Of a DNA stretch of 64,000 nt, positions 38,252 to 48,504 are shown piece by piece. How positions within the stretch are numbered: position 1 is the first letter of the stretch; every line of letters begins with the position of its first letter. The position numbers and the translations under genes were made by a program. The stretch lies in the NCBI GenBank assembly GCA_964431415.1, contig CAYSJS010000003.1, positions 36,422 through 100,421 of the forward strand. Reading direction: 5' to 3'. Below the pieces are notes generated by a model that made no database searches, had not been told where the DNA came from, and worked only from the letters and a program-made list of their open reading frames with translations. The stretch is from an uncultured Candidatus Saccharibacteria bacterium (GTDB lineage Bacteria; Patescibacteriota; Saccharimonadia; Saccharimonadales; JACDBH01).

Positions 38252-40434
38252 GATAATTTCTCTAAAGGCGCAAATGCAACGTTTAACTTTCTCATTCCTT
38301 TTGTCTGGAACAAAACGGCTACATTATCTCCATCCACTTCCATCACCGTCCCCATTCCGAATACTTGATGCTTGACCCTATCCCCCTCGTGCAGCTCGGG
38401 CACATAGCGGGGCTCGTCACTTAAAACCTGTTTCTCGCCCGAAGTAAAAGCGCCAGGAGTCGGCAGGGGCGTCATAGTTGCCTTGTCGCCCTCGATCTCA
38501 GACAAAAACCGGCTTGGCGGGTTATGCTGCATGCCCCCATACAAGACGCGGGCGGAAGCATACAACAAATACAGCTCCTCGCGGGCGCGTGTCATACCTA
38601 CATACATAAGGCGGCGCTCTTCTTCCATTTCGCTTGCATCATAGAGCGCCCTGCTATGCGGCAGAACCGTTTCTTCTAATCCCACCATAAACACCACGGG
38701 GAACTCCAGCCCTTTTGCTGCATGAAGAGTCATGAGTGTGACGGCATTACTATTAAAGTCGGTCGTATCAAGGTCACTCACCAAACTCACTTCCTCTAAG
38801 AAACCATCCAGTCCTACATCCTGATACGCCTTGGCTACTGAAATAAGTTCTTTTACGTTTTCGACGCGGGATTCACCCTGCAAACTGCCGTCTTCTAGAT
38901 ATGCGTGGTAATCTATCCGCCTTATTAGGCTGTCGATAATTCCGGACACCGCCGTATCGTTCATAAGCTCTCGGTATTGGATAATTATGTCCGCAAGATC
39001 ACTAAAGCCTTGCTTGGCTTTGGGTGTAAGTCCCGGACAATCGCGCACTTGCTCGAGCCCGCTTAAAATACCGCCGCACACTTTTGCCCACTCTGAAAAT
39101 GCCGTCAGAGACTTCGGCCCCAGTCCTCGTGCCGGTACATTCGCAATTCTTTCAAAACTCACCGTATCTTCGGGCTGAAAAACAACCCGCAAGTAGGCAA
39201 CGATATCTTTAATTTCTTTGCGGTCATAAAAGCGCACACCGCCAACAACCCGGTACGGGATTCCATACCGTACAAACATTTCTTCGACCGAACGGCTCTG
39301 CGCATTGGTGCGGTACAAAACCGCAAAATCGTTGTAGCGCCGCTTTCCCATATCCACTAAAGTCTGTATCCGCCTAATGATAGCTTCGCCCTCTGCCCGC
39401 TCACTCTGTGTTTGCAGAATTTGCACCGGCAGGCCGTTTCCTGCATCGGTCCACAACTTTTTATCTGACCGCTGGGTGTTTTTGGTAATCACCGCATGTG
39501 CTGCATCCAAGATCGACTTAGTACTCCGGTAGTTTTGTTCCAGCTTAATAACCGTAACCTTCGGATGATCTGAGCCAAAGTTTAAAATGTTCCGAAAATC
39601 CGCGCCTCTCCAGCTATAAATCGATTGCCAGTCGTCGCCAACTACGGCAATGTTGTTGTTTTTGTTGGTAAGCAACCGCACCAACTTATACTGCGCCGCA
39701 TTCGTGTCTTGGTACTCGTCGATCATAACGTACGAGAACTGCCGATGCCACTTCTCGCGAATCGTCTCATGTTGCTGCAGCATGTGCACGGTTTTTAGAA
39801 TGAGGTCATCAAAGTCTAGACCGCCGGCGTCTTTGAGGATTTTTTCATACAGCGGATACACTTTTGCGGCAGCTTCTTGCGCAGGCATTGACGCAAGCGA
39901 TGCATACTCCGACGGTCCCACCAAGTCATTTTTTGCCGTGCTAATAAGGTTGGCTATAGTTCGGGCTGGGAAAGCTTTGTCATCTATATGGAGCTGACGA
40001 ATCGCTTGCTTGATGGCACTCGTGCGGTCACTTTCATCAAAAATAACGAAATTTCTAGGTATTCCACTATGCTCACCATCTTGCCGCAGCAATCGTACGC
40101 AAATCGAATGGAAGGTGCCCATGTACGGCATAAAACTCCGGTTGTCGGCACGCTCACCTAATAAATGAGCCACACGTTCGCGCATTTCTTTGGCAGCCTT
40201 ATTGGTGAAGGTAACCGCCAAGATGTTATAGGGCGTCGCTAAATGGTTGGCGATTATGTACGCAATGCGGTGAGTTAGAGTTTTAGTTTTTCCGCTTCCT
40301 GCACCAGCCTGAATCAGCAGTGGACCCTCTGTGGTCTGTACCGCTCTGCACTGCTCCGGATTCAGACCGCGCAGCAAATAACTGGTGTCAGCCGTAGTTT
40401 CGTCCGCCCAAGGATCAGTAATAGGATTTTCCAT
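38248..40434 (-). CDS. pcrA: ATP-dependent DNA helicase PcrA/UvrD (SF1)
   Basis: Walker A AGAGSGKTKTLTHRIAYI, DEYQDTN (motif II), and motifs III-VI including VGMTRAREEL. Confidence 0.9.
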   Translation of the reverse strand: MENPITDPWADETTADTSYLLRGLNPEQCRAVQTTEGPLLIQAGAGSGKTKTLTHRIAYIIANHLATPYNILAVTFTNKAAKEMRERVAHLLGERADNRSFMPYMGTFHSICVRLLRQDGEHSGIPRNFVIFDESDRTSAIKQAIRQLHIDDKAFPARTIANLISTAKNDLVGPSEYASLASMPAQEAAAKVYPLYEKILKDAGGLDFDDLILKTVHMLQQHETIREKWHRQFSYVMIDEYQDTNAAQYKLVRLLTNKNNNIAVVGDDWQSIYSWRGADFRNILNFGSDHPKVTVIKLEQNYRSTKSILDAAHAVITKNTQRSDKKLWTDAGNGLPVQILQTQSERAEGEAIIRRIQTLVDMGKRRYNDFAVLYRTNAQSRSVEEMFVRYGIPYRVVGGVRFYDRKEIKDIVAYLRVVFQPEDTVSFERIANVPARGLGPKSLTAFSEWAKVCGGILSGLEQVRDCPGLTPKAKQGFSDLADIIIQYRELMNDTAVSGIIDSLIRRIDYHAYLEDGSLQGESRVENVKELISVAKAYQDVGLDGFLEEVSLVSDLDTTDFNSNAVTLMTLHAAKGLEFPVVFMVGLEETVLPHSRALYDASEMEEERRLMYVGMTRAREELYLLYASARVLYGGMQHNPPSRFLSEIEGDKATMTPLPTPGAFTSGEKQVLSDEPRYVPELHEGDRVKHQVFGMGTVMEVDGDNVAVLFQTKGMRKLNVAFAPLEKLS

Positions 40435-40523
40435 CTAGTTGGAGCTCGTATATTTTCCGGTTTGCATCATGTCATTGTAGCAGAAACCAGGTATAGTCGC
40501 TGCCGCACCGTTTCTTACAGCGT

Positions 40524-41492
40524 TTACTTAATAAATTCGTAAGGCAAAGTAAGGCTGGTTTTTATCACTTCAGCATCTATCAAAAGATATGCGCCAATAA
40601 GAAGGAGAAGAATCACCAAAAACACAACACCAACACCGCCGCGTCTTTTTGGCTTGGAGCTGTCGTGAGCAAGCGGCACGAAATACTTTTTACTATCTAT
40701 GAGTTCCTGAAGGGCAGCATCGCGTTTTGCCTGCTCCTCCAATGCCTTTTGATCAAGCTTTGGTTTTTCTGAAGCTTCAGCCAGCGCATCAACGCTAGCC
40801 GACTCCGAACCTTCGCTCCCAGCGTCTGCAGCAGCACCCGTGGCTTCCTGAGTAGCTTCTGGAGCTTCCGGCGTGTCTGACGTTGACTGAGCGCTATCTA
40901 CATCTGTATCGGGATCGGCATCTTCGCCAGATACATCCTTTTGAGCGACCTCCTCAGCGTCTTCATTCTGCTCTATTTCGCTTGGGATGCTCGTGCTTGA
41001 AGAAGCTTTCTCTTCCGGCGCCGTACTCGGCAGCGCACTACCCTTGCCTGTAGTAACTGTAACGGCAGTATTTGCTGTAGAGTCTACAATCTGGAGTTTT
41101 TTTGTTTCTTTCTTGGGTTTTATGGCCGCTTCTTCTGCCTCTTTAGCTTCAAGCTCGGGCGCAGTCTCGGTAAAGTTAACGACGTTGTTTTCCGGCTCAA
41201 CCTGTCCTAGAAAAGTCTCATCTTCTTCGGTTAGCGGCTTAATAACTTTGCGCGTTACAGAAGGCGCAGCAAGCGGCTTCACTGCAGTTTTTTGATCGTT
41301 GCTGTCCGGCAGCACAGAGGTATCTCGTACGGTTATGGCCTGACCTACCACGGGACGCGAAGTACTGAGAGGCTTTGCCTTACCCGGTTTTGCCACATCA
41401 AATACTTTGGCGTTATCTATGGACTTAGGCCTGCCCGCTCCCATTTTATTCCTCGGCCCCGATCTCGCGGCGCAGACGATATGCTGCATCAA
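40524..41492 (-). CDS. Hypothetical acidic low-complexity protein with a C-terminal TM anchor
   Basis: Ala/Glu/Asp/Ser-rich. C-terminal GVGVVFLVILLLLIGAYLL. The true start is probably the internal Met (MGAGRPK, about 41444), which avoids overlap with tpiA. Confidence 0.4.
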   Translation of the reverse strand: MMQHIVCAARSGPRNKMGAGRPKSIDNAKVFDVAKPGKAKPLSTSRPVVGQAITVRDTSVLPDSNDQKTAVKPLAAPSVTRKVIKPLTEEDETFLGQVEPENNVVNFTETAPELEAKEAEEAAIKPKKETKKLQIVDSTANTAVTVTTGKGSALPSTAPEEKASSSTSIPSEIEQNEDAEEVAQKDVSGEDADPDTDVDSAQSTSDTPEAPEATQEATGAAADAGSEGSESASVDALAEASEKPKLDQKALEEQAKRDAALQELIDSKKYFVPLAHDSSKPKRRGGVGVVFLVILLLLIGAYLLIDAEVIKTSLTLPYEFIK

Positions 41493-42243
41493 CGATACCG
41501 CTAAACATATGATAGTTCACGCTGGCACCGCCCACCAAAACGCCGTCAATACCGGGCACTTCCAAATACCCGCGTGTCACGTCCGGCGTCACGCTGCCGC
41601 CATATAAAACACGTACTTTTTCGGCTGCTTTCACGCCGTACAGCTCAGAAATATTGTGACGTATGACTCTTTCCGCTTTCATTACATCTTCGGGTGTAGC
41701 GCGCATGTGATGCATCGGGTCGCCATCGCTCAACGCCCAAACCGGTTCATAGGCTATCACAACCTTGTCCAGATCACTTGCCGTCAGCCCCCGAAGCGCA
41801 GTAACCACTTGGTCATGAAGAACGCGGCGCGTATGGCCGGCTAAGCGTTCGGCCTTTGTTTCGCCAACACAAAGAATCGGCATGATGTCGTTTCGAACAG
41901 CCGACTCGACTTTTTCAGCTACTTCTTTTAAGCTCTCGCCGAATATATGCCGCCGCTCTGAATGGCCAATAATCGCATAGTGAACTAGGTCGTGCAGCAT
42001 GGCATAACTTACTTCGCCCGTAAACGCTCCCTCATCCTTATAATATGCATTTTGAGCTGCCAGCCGGAATTTACGCCGGTCTATCTGGACGGAAAGCGGC
42101 TGCAAAACCAGCATGCTCGGCGCAAGCACCACTTCTATATCACGGTAGATTTTTATACGTTCCTGCAAGCGATGTACGAGAATACTCGCCTGCATCGTAT
42201 TCAGATGCATCTTCCAATTTCCAACGATCAGCATTTTACGCAT
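41446..42243 (-). CDS. tpiA: Triosephosphate isomerase
   Basis: VGNWKMH start, catalytic His/Glu context (AIIGHSERR) and YGGS near the C-terminus. Confidence 0.9.
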   Translation of the reverse strand: MRKMLIVGNWKMHLNTMQASILVHRLQERIKIYRDIEVVLAPSMLVLQPLSVQIDRRKFRLAAQNAYYKDEGAFTGEVSYAMLHDLVHYAIIGHSERRHIFGESLKEVAEKVESAVRNDIMPILCVGETKAERLAGHTRRVLHDQVVTALRGLTASDLDKVVIAYEPVWALSDGDPMHHMRATPEDVMKAERVIRHNISELYGVKAAEKVRVLYGGSVTPDVTRGYLEVPGIDGVLVGGASVNYHMFSGIVDAAYRLRREIGAEE

Positions 42244-42340
42244 GCGACCTTCCTTCTTGTGCTAGGGGAGAGCAGCCCACACATCCGGCCTTGCCGGTGC
42301 ATGGCGCGATGAGAGGGGATATTCCCCTCTCATAAGCGCA

Positions 42341-42388
42341 AGCGCTCAGATGCATCTTCCAGTTACCAACGATCAGCATTTTACGCAT
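42341..42388. repeat. Imperfect direct duplicate of the tpiA 5' end (about 45 bp including the start-codon region) in the pgk-tpiA intergenic spacer
   Basis: cagatgcatcttccagttaccaacgatcagcattttacgcat (42341-42388) versus cagatgcatcttccaatttccaacgatcagcattttacgcat (42196-42243). A 9-bp perfect hairpin GAGAGGGGA-TAT-TCCCCTCTC lies between the two copies at 42311-42331. Confidence 0.6.
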
Positions 42389-42394
42389 ATATGA

Positions 42395-43753
42395 TTATTT
42401 CTTATTACTCTTATGCTTTATTGTACTACTTTTTGAGGATTTTTTACCCTGCAATGCGGCTACGCCGGGCAGTTCCTTACCCTCCATGAGCTCTAAACTA
42501 GCGCCGCCACCAGTCGATACATGATGAAACGCCTTGGTGAGTCCGCGCTCTTCTACATACGAAACAGTGTCCCCGCCGCCAACTAAAGAAAAAGGTCTAT
42601 TGCCAAATTGCCCCGTTAAGGCCTCGACAATTAGCTCAGTACCATGCGCAAACGGGCCAACCGGATCATTATTTTTGCCGTCCGTTTCGGTTACGCCCAT
42701 CGTACCGTTCCAGACTACCGTCTGTGCAAGCTGCGCACCGCCCGCTATAAATGAACCGGAAAACGGTCCAATATCCAAAATAAGTTCATCCTTCGCTACC
42801 ATCGTTGATTCATGCTTTGGCTGGCCCGGGTAGCTTTCTATGTCGGCAATAACGTGCGCATCCCAATCTACAATCCGCGTTTGTTTTGGATCTTTTATAT
42901 CAGTTGCAACCACACCATCCTGCGGCAAATAGAACACAAATGGCCGGCTTTTAGCGGCCGTCTTGGCTTTTTCGATTATTTCTTTGGCTAGTGGCACATC
43001 ACCGGTATCGGCTAAGCTCTTGCCGATCTCTATACCTTCGGCAAGCAAAAATGTGTTGGCCATGGCACCGCCTATTGCAATAAAGTCAGCTATATCTATG
43101 AATTTTTCGATTACTTTGATTTTGTCGGTTATTTTGGCACCGCCGATAATCGCCATCAATGGGCGCTTTGGCTCGCTCATAACATTAGTAATCGTGTCTA
43201 CTTCTTTTTCGAGGAGCAGGCCGGCAACGCTGGGTAAAAACTGCGTAATTGCATCGGTCGAAGCATGCGCCCGATGGACCACACCAAACGCGTCCTGAAC
43301 AAATACTTCGCCATACGATGCCAGTTGTTTCGCAAACTCAGAGTCGTTTTTTTCCTCCTCGGGGTAGAACCGGAGATTTTCGAGCAATAATATATCACCC
43401 ACTGCAAGTGATTTTGCTGCAAGAGCGGTGTCACTGCCCAGACAGTCGGCAGCAAAATGGACGTTCTTTTTGAGCAGATTACTTAAACACCTGGCGACCG
43501 GCTCTAGACTATACCGCGGGTCGGTTTTACCTTCCGGCCTGCCTAAGTGAGACATGAGTACTAAGCTGCAGCCTTGTTCCAGCAGATACAGCAGTGTCGG
43601 GATACTTTCTGTTATGCGATAATCGCTCACCACCTTGCCGTTTTCTAGCGGCACGTTGTAATCAACCCGAACAAGTACTCTTTTATTCTTAAGATCTATA
43701 TCTTTAACGGTTTTTTTGTCAAACGCCACCAGCCCGCCCCTTTTTAGAAACAA
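42395..43753 (-). CDS. pgk: Phosphoglycerate kinase with a short Lys/Ser-rich C-terminal tail
   Basis: N-terminal RVDYNVPL and a C-terminal GGGAS region. At 452 aa it is about 50 aa longer than typical. Confidence 0.9.
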   Translation of the reverse strand: MFLKRGGLVAFDKKTVKDIDLKNKRVLVRVDYNVPLENGKVVSDYRITESIPTLLYLLEQGCSLVLMSHLGRPEGKTDPRYSLEPVARCLSNLLKKNVHFAADCLGSDTALAAKSLAVGDILLLENLRFYPEEEKNDSEFAKQLASYGEVFVQDAFGVVHRAHASTDAITQFLPSVAGLLLEKEVDTITNVMSEPKRPLMAIIGGAKITDKIKVIEKFIDIADFIAIGGAMANTFLLAEGIEIGKSLADTGDVPLAKEIIEKAKTAAKSRPFVFYLPQDGVVATDIKDPKQTRIVDWDAHVIADIESYPGQPKHESTMVAKDELILDIGPFSGSFIAGGAQLAQTVVWNGTMGVTETDGKNNDPVGPFAHGTELIVEALTGQFGNRPFSLVGGGDTVSYVEERGLTKAFHHVSTGGGASLELMEGKELPGVAALQGKKSSKSSTIKHKSNKK

Positions 43754-43827
43754 TACGTATATTACTAGAGACTAGTATAGGCATAAGCGTCTTAAAAAGA
43801 AATAGCCCCGCTTTTTAACAACCGAGA

Positions 43828-43876
43828 TAAAAAAAACCGCCTGAACTTATCTTTTTGAAAGTCAGGCGGTTTTTTA
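43828..43876. terminator. Bidirectional rho-independent terminator downstream of pyk
   Basis: CCGCCTGA(A)CTT ... AAGTCAGGCGG stem flanked by A8 upstream and T6 downstream. Confidence 0.65.
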
Positions 43877-43889
43877 AAAATCGGGCGCA

Positions 43890-45332
43890 CTATTCCATAA
43901 CGCGAACTTTGATGGTGTCGGTTGTGCCGACCACACCTGGATACCGTCCGGAGCAAGAAACAATAACATCGCCCGCCGAAAGCACACGGTTGGTGTGCAG
44001 CCAGTTTGTCAGCTTTTCTGCAGCCAAGCGGTCTACCGGACGCACATAGCTCTTGCATGCATAGACAATTGCAAGCTGGTTAGCAACGCGAACATCGCTT
44101 GTTACCGCAATCAACGGAATTTCTACACGCTTGCTAGAAATCTCAAGAGCAGTTGCGCCAGAGCGGGTTTCTGCCACAATAGCATCCGCCTTGATATCGT
44201 TCGCCAGTCTAAGTACGGCGGCCGAGATAGCCTGCTGACGAGTATATACTTTGTCGATCGTTTCATCCTTGAAGCTCACCCGTACAGGGGCGTTTTGCTC
44301 GGTATACAGAATCACGCGCTTCATTACTTTGATCGCTTCCATAGGATAGCGGCCATTTGCCGTCTCATCGCTGAGCATCACGCAGTCGGCGCCGATCAAA
44401 ACCGCGGTAGCCACGTCGGAAACTTCAGCTCGAGTCGGCTCGGGAGCTTCGGTCATGCTAAAGAGCATTTGAGTAGCGACAATTGTCGGTTTGGCATGCT
44501 TAATACCAAGTCCGATAAGCTGGCGCTGGATAATAGGAACGCTCTCTGGCGGCGTTTCCACGGCAAGATCGCCGCGGGCTACCATAATCACATCGGTTTC
44601 TTCTACGATCTCTTGCATGTGCTCAACAGCCGAACGCGTTTCTACCTTTACAATCACCTTCGCGTTCATGTTGAGGTTCTTCATGATTTTGCGAAGATTC
44701 TTTACATCATCCGCGGTCTGCACGAAGCTCTGCGCTACATAGTCAATGTCCTGGGTAGAACAAAACGCCAGGTCTTCTTTGTCTTTTTTGGTGATCACAT
44801 CACCGCCAAAGTCCGTATCCGGCAGGTTAATACCCTTGCGCTTTAGCAAGATGCCGTCGTTTTCAACCCGAACATGTACGATACCCTCGGACACGCTGGT
44901 AACGATAGTTTTGACCTTGCCGTCATAAATGTACAAGCGTTCACCGCGCTTTACCTTCTTGCTTAGGTCGTACTGCATTGGTACGATACCGTCTTTTTCG
45001 TAATTGGCATTGTAGCCGATGCGCAGACTCTGACCTTCGGTCACATTAATAATGCCATCAAAGTCGCCAAGACGAATTTTTGGACCCTGTAAGTCGGCAA
45101 TTATAGCAATCGGCTTGCCATACTCGCGGCTTGCTTTACGAATCCACTTAATCTGACGACCTCGTTCTTCGTATGAACCATGGCTAAAGTTCAAACGAAT
45201 TCCGTTTGCACCGGCTTTAATGGCACTTAGAATCGCTTCGTATGAGTCAGTAGCCGGCCCCACCGTTGCAATGATCTTTGTTCGTTTGTATTGGCCAAGC
45301 TGCCCGCCTGGAACTTTGCGTGTTACGTCCAT
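43890..45332 (-). CDS. pyk: Pyruvate kinase
   Basis: KIIATVGPAT..., NFSHGS and MVARGDL motifs. 480 aa. Confidence 0.9.
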   Translation of the reverse strand: MDVTRKVPGGQLGQYKRTKIIATVGPATDSYEAILSAIKAGANGIRLNFSHGSYEERGRQIKWIRKASREYGKPIAIIADLQGPKIRLGDFDGIINVTEGQSLRIGYNANYEKDGIVPMQYDLSKKVKRGERLYIYDGKVKTIVTSVSEGIVHVRVENDGILLKRKGINLPDTDFGGDVITKKDKEDLAFCSTQDIDYVAQSFVQTADDVKNLRKIMKNLNMNAKVIVKVETRSAVEHMQEIVEETDVIMVARGDLAVETPPESVPIIQRQLIGLGIKHAKPTIVATQMLFSMTEAPEPTRAEVSDVATAVLIGADCVMLSDETANGRYPMEAIKVMKRVILYTEQNAPVRVSFKDETIDKVYTRQQAISAAVLRLANDIKADAIVAETRSGATALEISSKRVEIPLIAVTSDVRVANQLAIVYACKSYVRPVDRLAAEKLTNWLHTNRVLSAGDVIVSCSGRYPGVVGTTDTIKVRVME

Positions 45333-45489
45333 GGTTTTCCTTACTATTTATTATACGCTTATGCTTACATTAAAAAACAAAGGTACGTTCCCTGTAATAA
45401 AGGGATCTTTTTTAAATTTTTGAAGATTAGTATCAGAGCATGTGACGATCTCTGTCGCTATGTCAAAGAAACATTTTATACAGCACATG

Positions 45490-45564
45490 TGGTGATCCCA
45501 AGGAGAGTCGAACTCCTCTTGCTGGGATGAAAACCCAGTGTCCTAACCGATAGACGATGGGACC
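45490..45564 (-). tRNA. tRNA-Glu (anticodon UUC), CCA encoded
   Basis: Reverse complement GGTCCCATCGTCTATCGGTTAGGACACTGGGTTTTCATCCCAGCAAGAGGAGTTCGACTCTCCTTGGGATCACCA folds as a cloverleaf. The anticodon loop TTTTCAT gives UUC. Confidence 0.85.
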
Positions 45565-45741
45565 TCCACATGAACTCTATCCGCTTTAAATGTTCTGAAC
45601 GACCAATCCTCTTTATCGCCCTCACGAGGAAGGCTGATAGTAGGCATAGAAAGAAATCTTCACTTGCCTTGATAGGATAATCTTCAGCTTTGCATTTTAC
45701 CATAACAGATACAAAACGTCCACCCATGTTTCGCCCCTAAA

Positions 45742-45782
45742 CAAAAGCTCGCTTCTCTCATATAAGAGAAGCGAGCTTTTTA
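45742..45782. terminator. Bidirectional rho-independent terminator downstream of the LPXTG protein gene
   Basis: Perfect 13-bp stem AGCTCGCTTCTCT-catata-AGAGAAGCGAGCT flanked by AAAA and TTTTT. Confidence 0.7.
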
Positions 45783-45859
45783 AGTTTGAGCGGTCAGTCA
45801 CGACGCTGATTTGTGATCTAGACCTTAGCGTAGCACAAAAGTGCTCTTTACGCTAGTGC

Positions 45860-46876
45860 TTAGTTCGTTCCGCGAAGTGCACGCATGCGGTACAAGAATG
45901 CACCGATGAATGAAACACCGAGGAAGATAGCGATCGTACTGCCAGCACCGGTTTTTGGCAGCTCGGTTGGAGGAGTTACAGGCTTTTTAACAAAGCTGAT
46001 AACGCTCGCACACTTGTCGCTTGTCTTAGAAACCGTCTTACCATCCACAGTAAAGTTGGTAGTTACTTTTACATTCTTTGAGTTGTTAAGATCTGTGTAG
46101 GTGTGGTCGGCGGTTGCAACATCATCTTTCTTTACGCCATCACCGAAGTCATAGCTTACGTTCTTGAAGGTAGCACCGTTTGCTGCAGTGTAGTTAACGC
46201 TAAAGCGGAACTTGTTGTCAGCGAGTTTGGTAACCGTCAAAAGGTCACAGCTGTAGATTGGGGTAACCGGCGCCTTCTTAACATGAATCTTAACTTTTAC
46301 ACTTATGTAAGCGCGATATTCAAAACAACCAGGAACGATACCGTTATACCCAAGAGTAGCGTTATCCATAATGTTGCCTGTTAATGTGTAAGGAACATTC
46401 CATTGTGGTGCATTGGTCGTCATTGCCTGGCTTACATATTCAAGACTAATTTCTTGCCCCTGGCATGTAATGAACACATTGTCTGTTGCGAGTGCAGAGT
46501 TGTCTGCCTTCACTGAAGCTAAGATTTCTTGGCTCTTTGCATATCCGGTGTTTTTAAAATCAACATCAACCTTCGTGTTCTTTGCTACACCAACACCATC
46601 ATTGTTTGCACCGTTTAATTCGGTAGGGTTGGTATTGTGAACATAAAACCACAAGTCAACAGTTTGGTCTTCAGTACATGCTTCTGTCGTATCTGGACCG
46701 TTTGCATCTGTAATTCTTAAAAAGTTCTTTTCTTCGCCGATTCCATTTACACCAGAACCATTGTTAAACACAACAGCTGGAGCAGCGGAAACCATTGCTG
46801 TACCGATAACGAAAGTTGCAGCAAGTAAGCTTAGTGAGCTTACGAGAGCCTTTACTTTTGTACTAATGAATTTCAT
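45860..46876 (-). CDS. Sortase-anchored (LPXTG) cell-surface protein
   Basis: N-terminal signal peptide. C-terminal LPKTG, then a hydrophobic segment (AGSTIAIFLGVSFIGAFLY), then a basic tail RMRALRGTN, which is the classical sorting signal. Confidence 0.65.
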   Translation of the reverse strand: MKFISTKVKALVSSLSLLAATFVIGTAMVSAAPAVVFNNGSGVNGIGEEKNFLRITDANGPDTTEACTEDQTVDLWFYVHNTNPTELNGANNDGVGVAKNTKVDVDFKNTGYAKSQEILASVKADNSALATDNVFITCQGQEISLEYVSQAMTTNAPQWNVPYTLTGNIMDNATLGYNGIVPGCFEYRAYISVKVKIHVKKAPVTPIYSCDLLTVTKLADNKFRFSVNYTAANGATFKNVSYDFGDGVKKDDVATADHTYTDLNNSKNVKVTTNFTVDGKTVSKTSDKCASVISFVKKPVTPPTELPKTGAGSTIAIFLGVSFIGAFLYRMRALRGTN

Positions 46877-46898
46877 CTCATATTCTCCTTAATCTTAA

Positions 46899-48362
46899 TT
46901 ACTTACAAATTACTTGACCATCACCATTTGAATCGCCAAGGTTAGTGTAAGGCGTCTTGTTCATTGGGTCTGCTAAAATTGCAGCCCGCGCAGCAGCAGT
47001 AATGCGTCTGAAGAACTTTATGACACCAAAACCGCCTTCGTTTCGTGGTTCGTCTAAGTCACATACATCTACGTCATAGTACTGTTCAGCTTGTGTAGTA
47101 GTTGTCGCTTCTTGGGTAGTTGTAGTTGAAACTATAGTAATTGGAGGCAAAGTAGTAGGTGCTGAAGTAACAACTACAGTAGTGCTTGAGCGTGGTGTAG
47201 TACCTGTGTTAGGAGTTGTCCCAGTGTTTGGTGTAGTACCTGTGTTAGGCGTTGTTCCAGTATTTGGAGTTGTACCGCCGACGGTTGTATCAGGGTTGCC
47301 CGGTACATCTGTTGGAGTACCGGTTGATTCTGTTGGATTCCCTGGGGCATCTGGAGTACTTGGCGAAGATGGAGCCTGGCCTCTTCCGCCGCCAACACTT
47401 GTGCTACTTGCGCCCGCAGGTCCTTGTTCTGTCGTGCTAGTTGCACTTCCACCAGGCAAGCTAGTTGTTGAACCTGCAGGAATATTACCGCTAGTTGAAG
47501 GGTTAACAGCAATCGTGGTTGACGCATTTGGATCAACATCAACCTTGTGCGGTGCACCGGTAACAATTTCAGTCGCGCTGGTCAGGTTTGACCAACCTTG
47601 GATATAGAGCTTGCTGCTGCCCCTTCGTGCGAGCACAGAAGTAAATCCGTCTATACCTTCTACAGTTGCGTTGAGACTAAACTCAACACCACTGAGAACA
47701 TCACCTTCGGCAATAACTTCTTTATGAACGCGCATGCCAATGATTTCGTTTGTCTCTGGGTCGCGAACAGCTTCGAAAACTGTAACTTTATCACCCTGTC
47801 TAGCAAAGGTTCCGTTATAGCGTGCTGTTTGAACGGCAACACTGTAAGCCTCTGCACAATCTTCACGTGCAGCTGCTTCACCTTCGTTATTGTAGCGAGC
47901 TACCAAGTTCTGGAAAGCGGCCAAGTAATCACGGTCGGGGTTTACACCTTCACCGTCAGTTGCTGGCTCGCCAGCTGCAGCCATAAAAGCAGCGAGAGAG
48001 GAGAAGTCGCCACTGTGGCTTAATGGACCATCTTGGTCAAACAGTTCATCAATAAATTCTTTTGGATCGGTGCCGTCATACATTGGCAAGAATGCTTCTG
48101 AATCGTACTGATCACCTACGGATGCAGCAGAAGCGTGTACGAACGTATCACAGCCGCTTTCGCTGGAAGGCATCGTTGGTACGGTAGCTCTTTCTTGACG
48201 CTCACCGCTATTTGAGGCGAGAGCAAAACCACCATAGCCCAGCGCACCAACAGCAGCAAAAGCCGCCGTTGCTCGCAATAGAGCATTTGGACGTACGCTA
48301 CCAGCATCTGTATTCGCCGGTGCAGATATTGCATTCATATTTACAACTTCAGACATCTTCAT
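46899..48362 (-). CDS. Secreted or membrane-anchored protein with a Thr/Pro-rich mucin-like linker containing GTTPNT x5 tandem repeats
   Basis: N-terminal hydrophobic segment (AAFAAVGALGYGGFALA). A Pro/Thr/Gly-rich central region with an exact GTTPNT repeat. The conserved C-terminal end shows no LPXTG. Confidence 0.5.
   Translation of the reverse strand: MKMSEVVNMNAISAPANTDAGSVRPNALLRATAAFAAVGALGYGGFALASNSGERQERATVPTMPSSESGCDTFVHASAASVGDQYDSEAFLPMYDGTDPKEFIDELFDQDGPLSHSGDFSSLAAFMAAAGEPATDGEGVNPDRDYLAAFQNLVARYNNEGEAAAREDCAEAYSVAVQTARYNGTFARQGDKVTVFEAVRDPETNEIIGMRVHKEVIAEGDVLSGVEFSLNATVEGIDGFTSVLARRGSSKLYIQGWSNLTSATEIVTGAPHKVDVDPNASTTIAVNPSTSGNIPAGSTTSLPGGSATSTTEQGPAGASSTSVGGGRGQAPSSPSTPDAPGNPTESTGTPTDVPGNPDTTVGGTTPNTGTTPNTGTTPNTGTTPNTGTTPRSSTTVVVTSAPTTLPPITIVSTTTTQEATTTTQAEQYYDVDVCDLDEPRNEGGFGVIKFFRRITAAARAAILADPMNKTPYTNLGDSNGDGQVICK
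47194..47283. repeat. 18-nt (6-codon) tandem repeat, about 5 copies, encoding (GTTPNT)n
   Basis: ggtgtagtacctgtgtta / ggagttgtcccagtgttt units alternate on the plus strand inside the 46899..48362 CDS. Confidence 0.7.
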
Positions 48363-48504
48363 TCCTCCTACTTATAATCTCTTAGACACGTTATGTACTT
48401 TGTAACACTTTTAGCGTAACTATGAAAGCATAAGCTTTTACAAAATACAAATACGTTATTTATGATATCATAGATTAATTATTTTGTCAACATTATTGAG
48501 TAAT

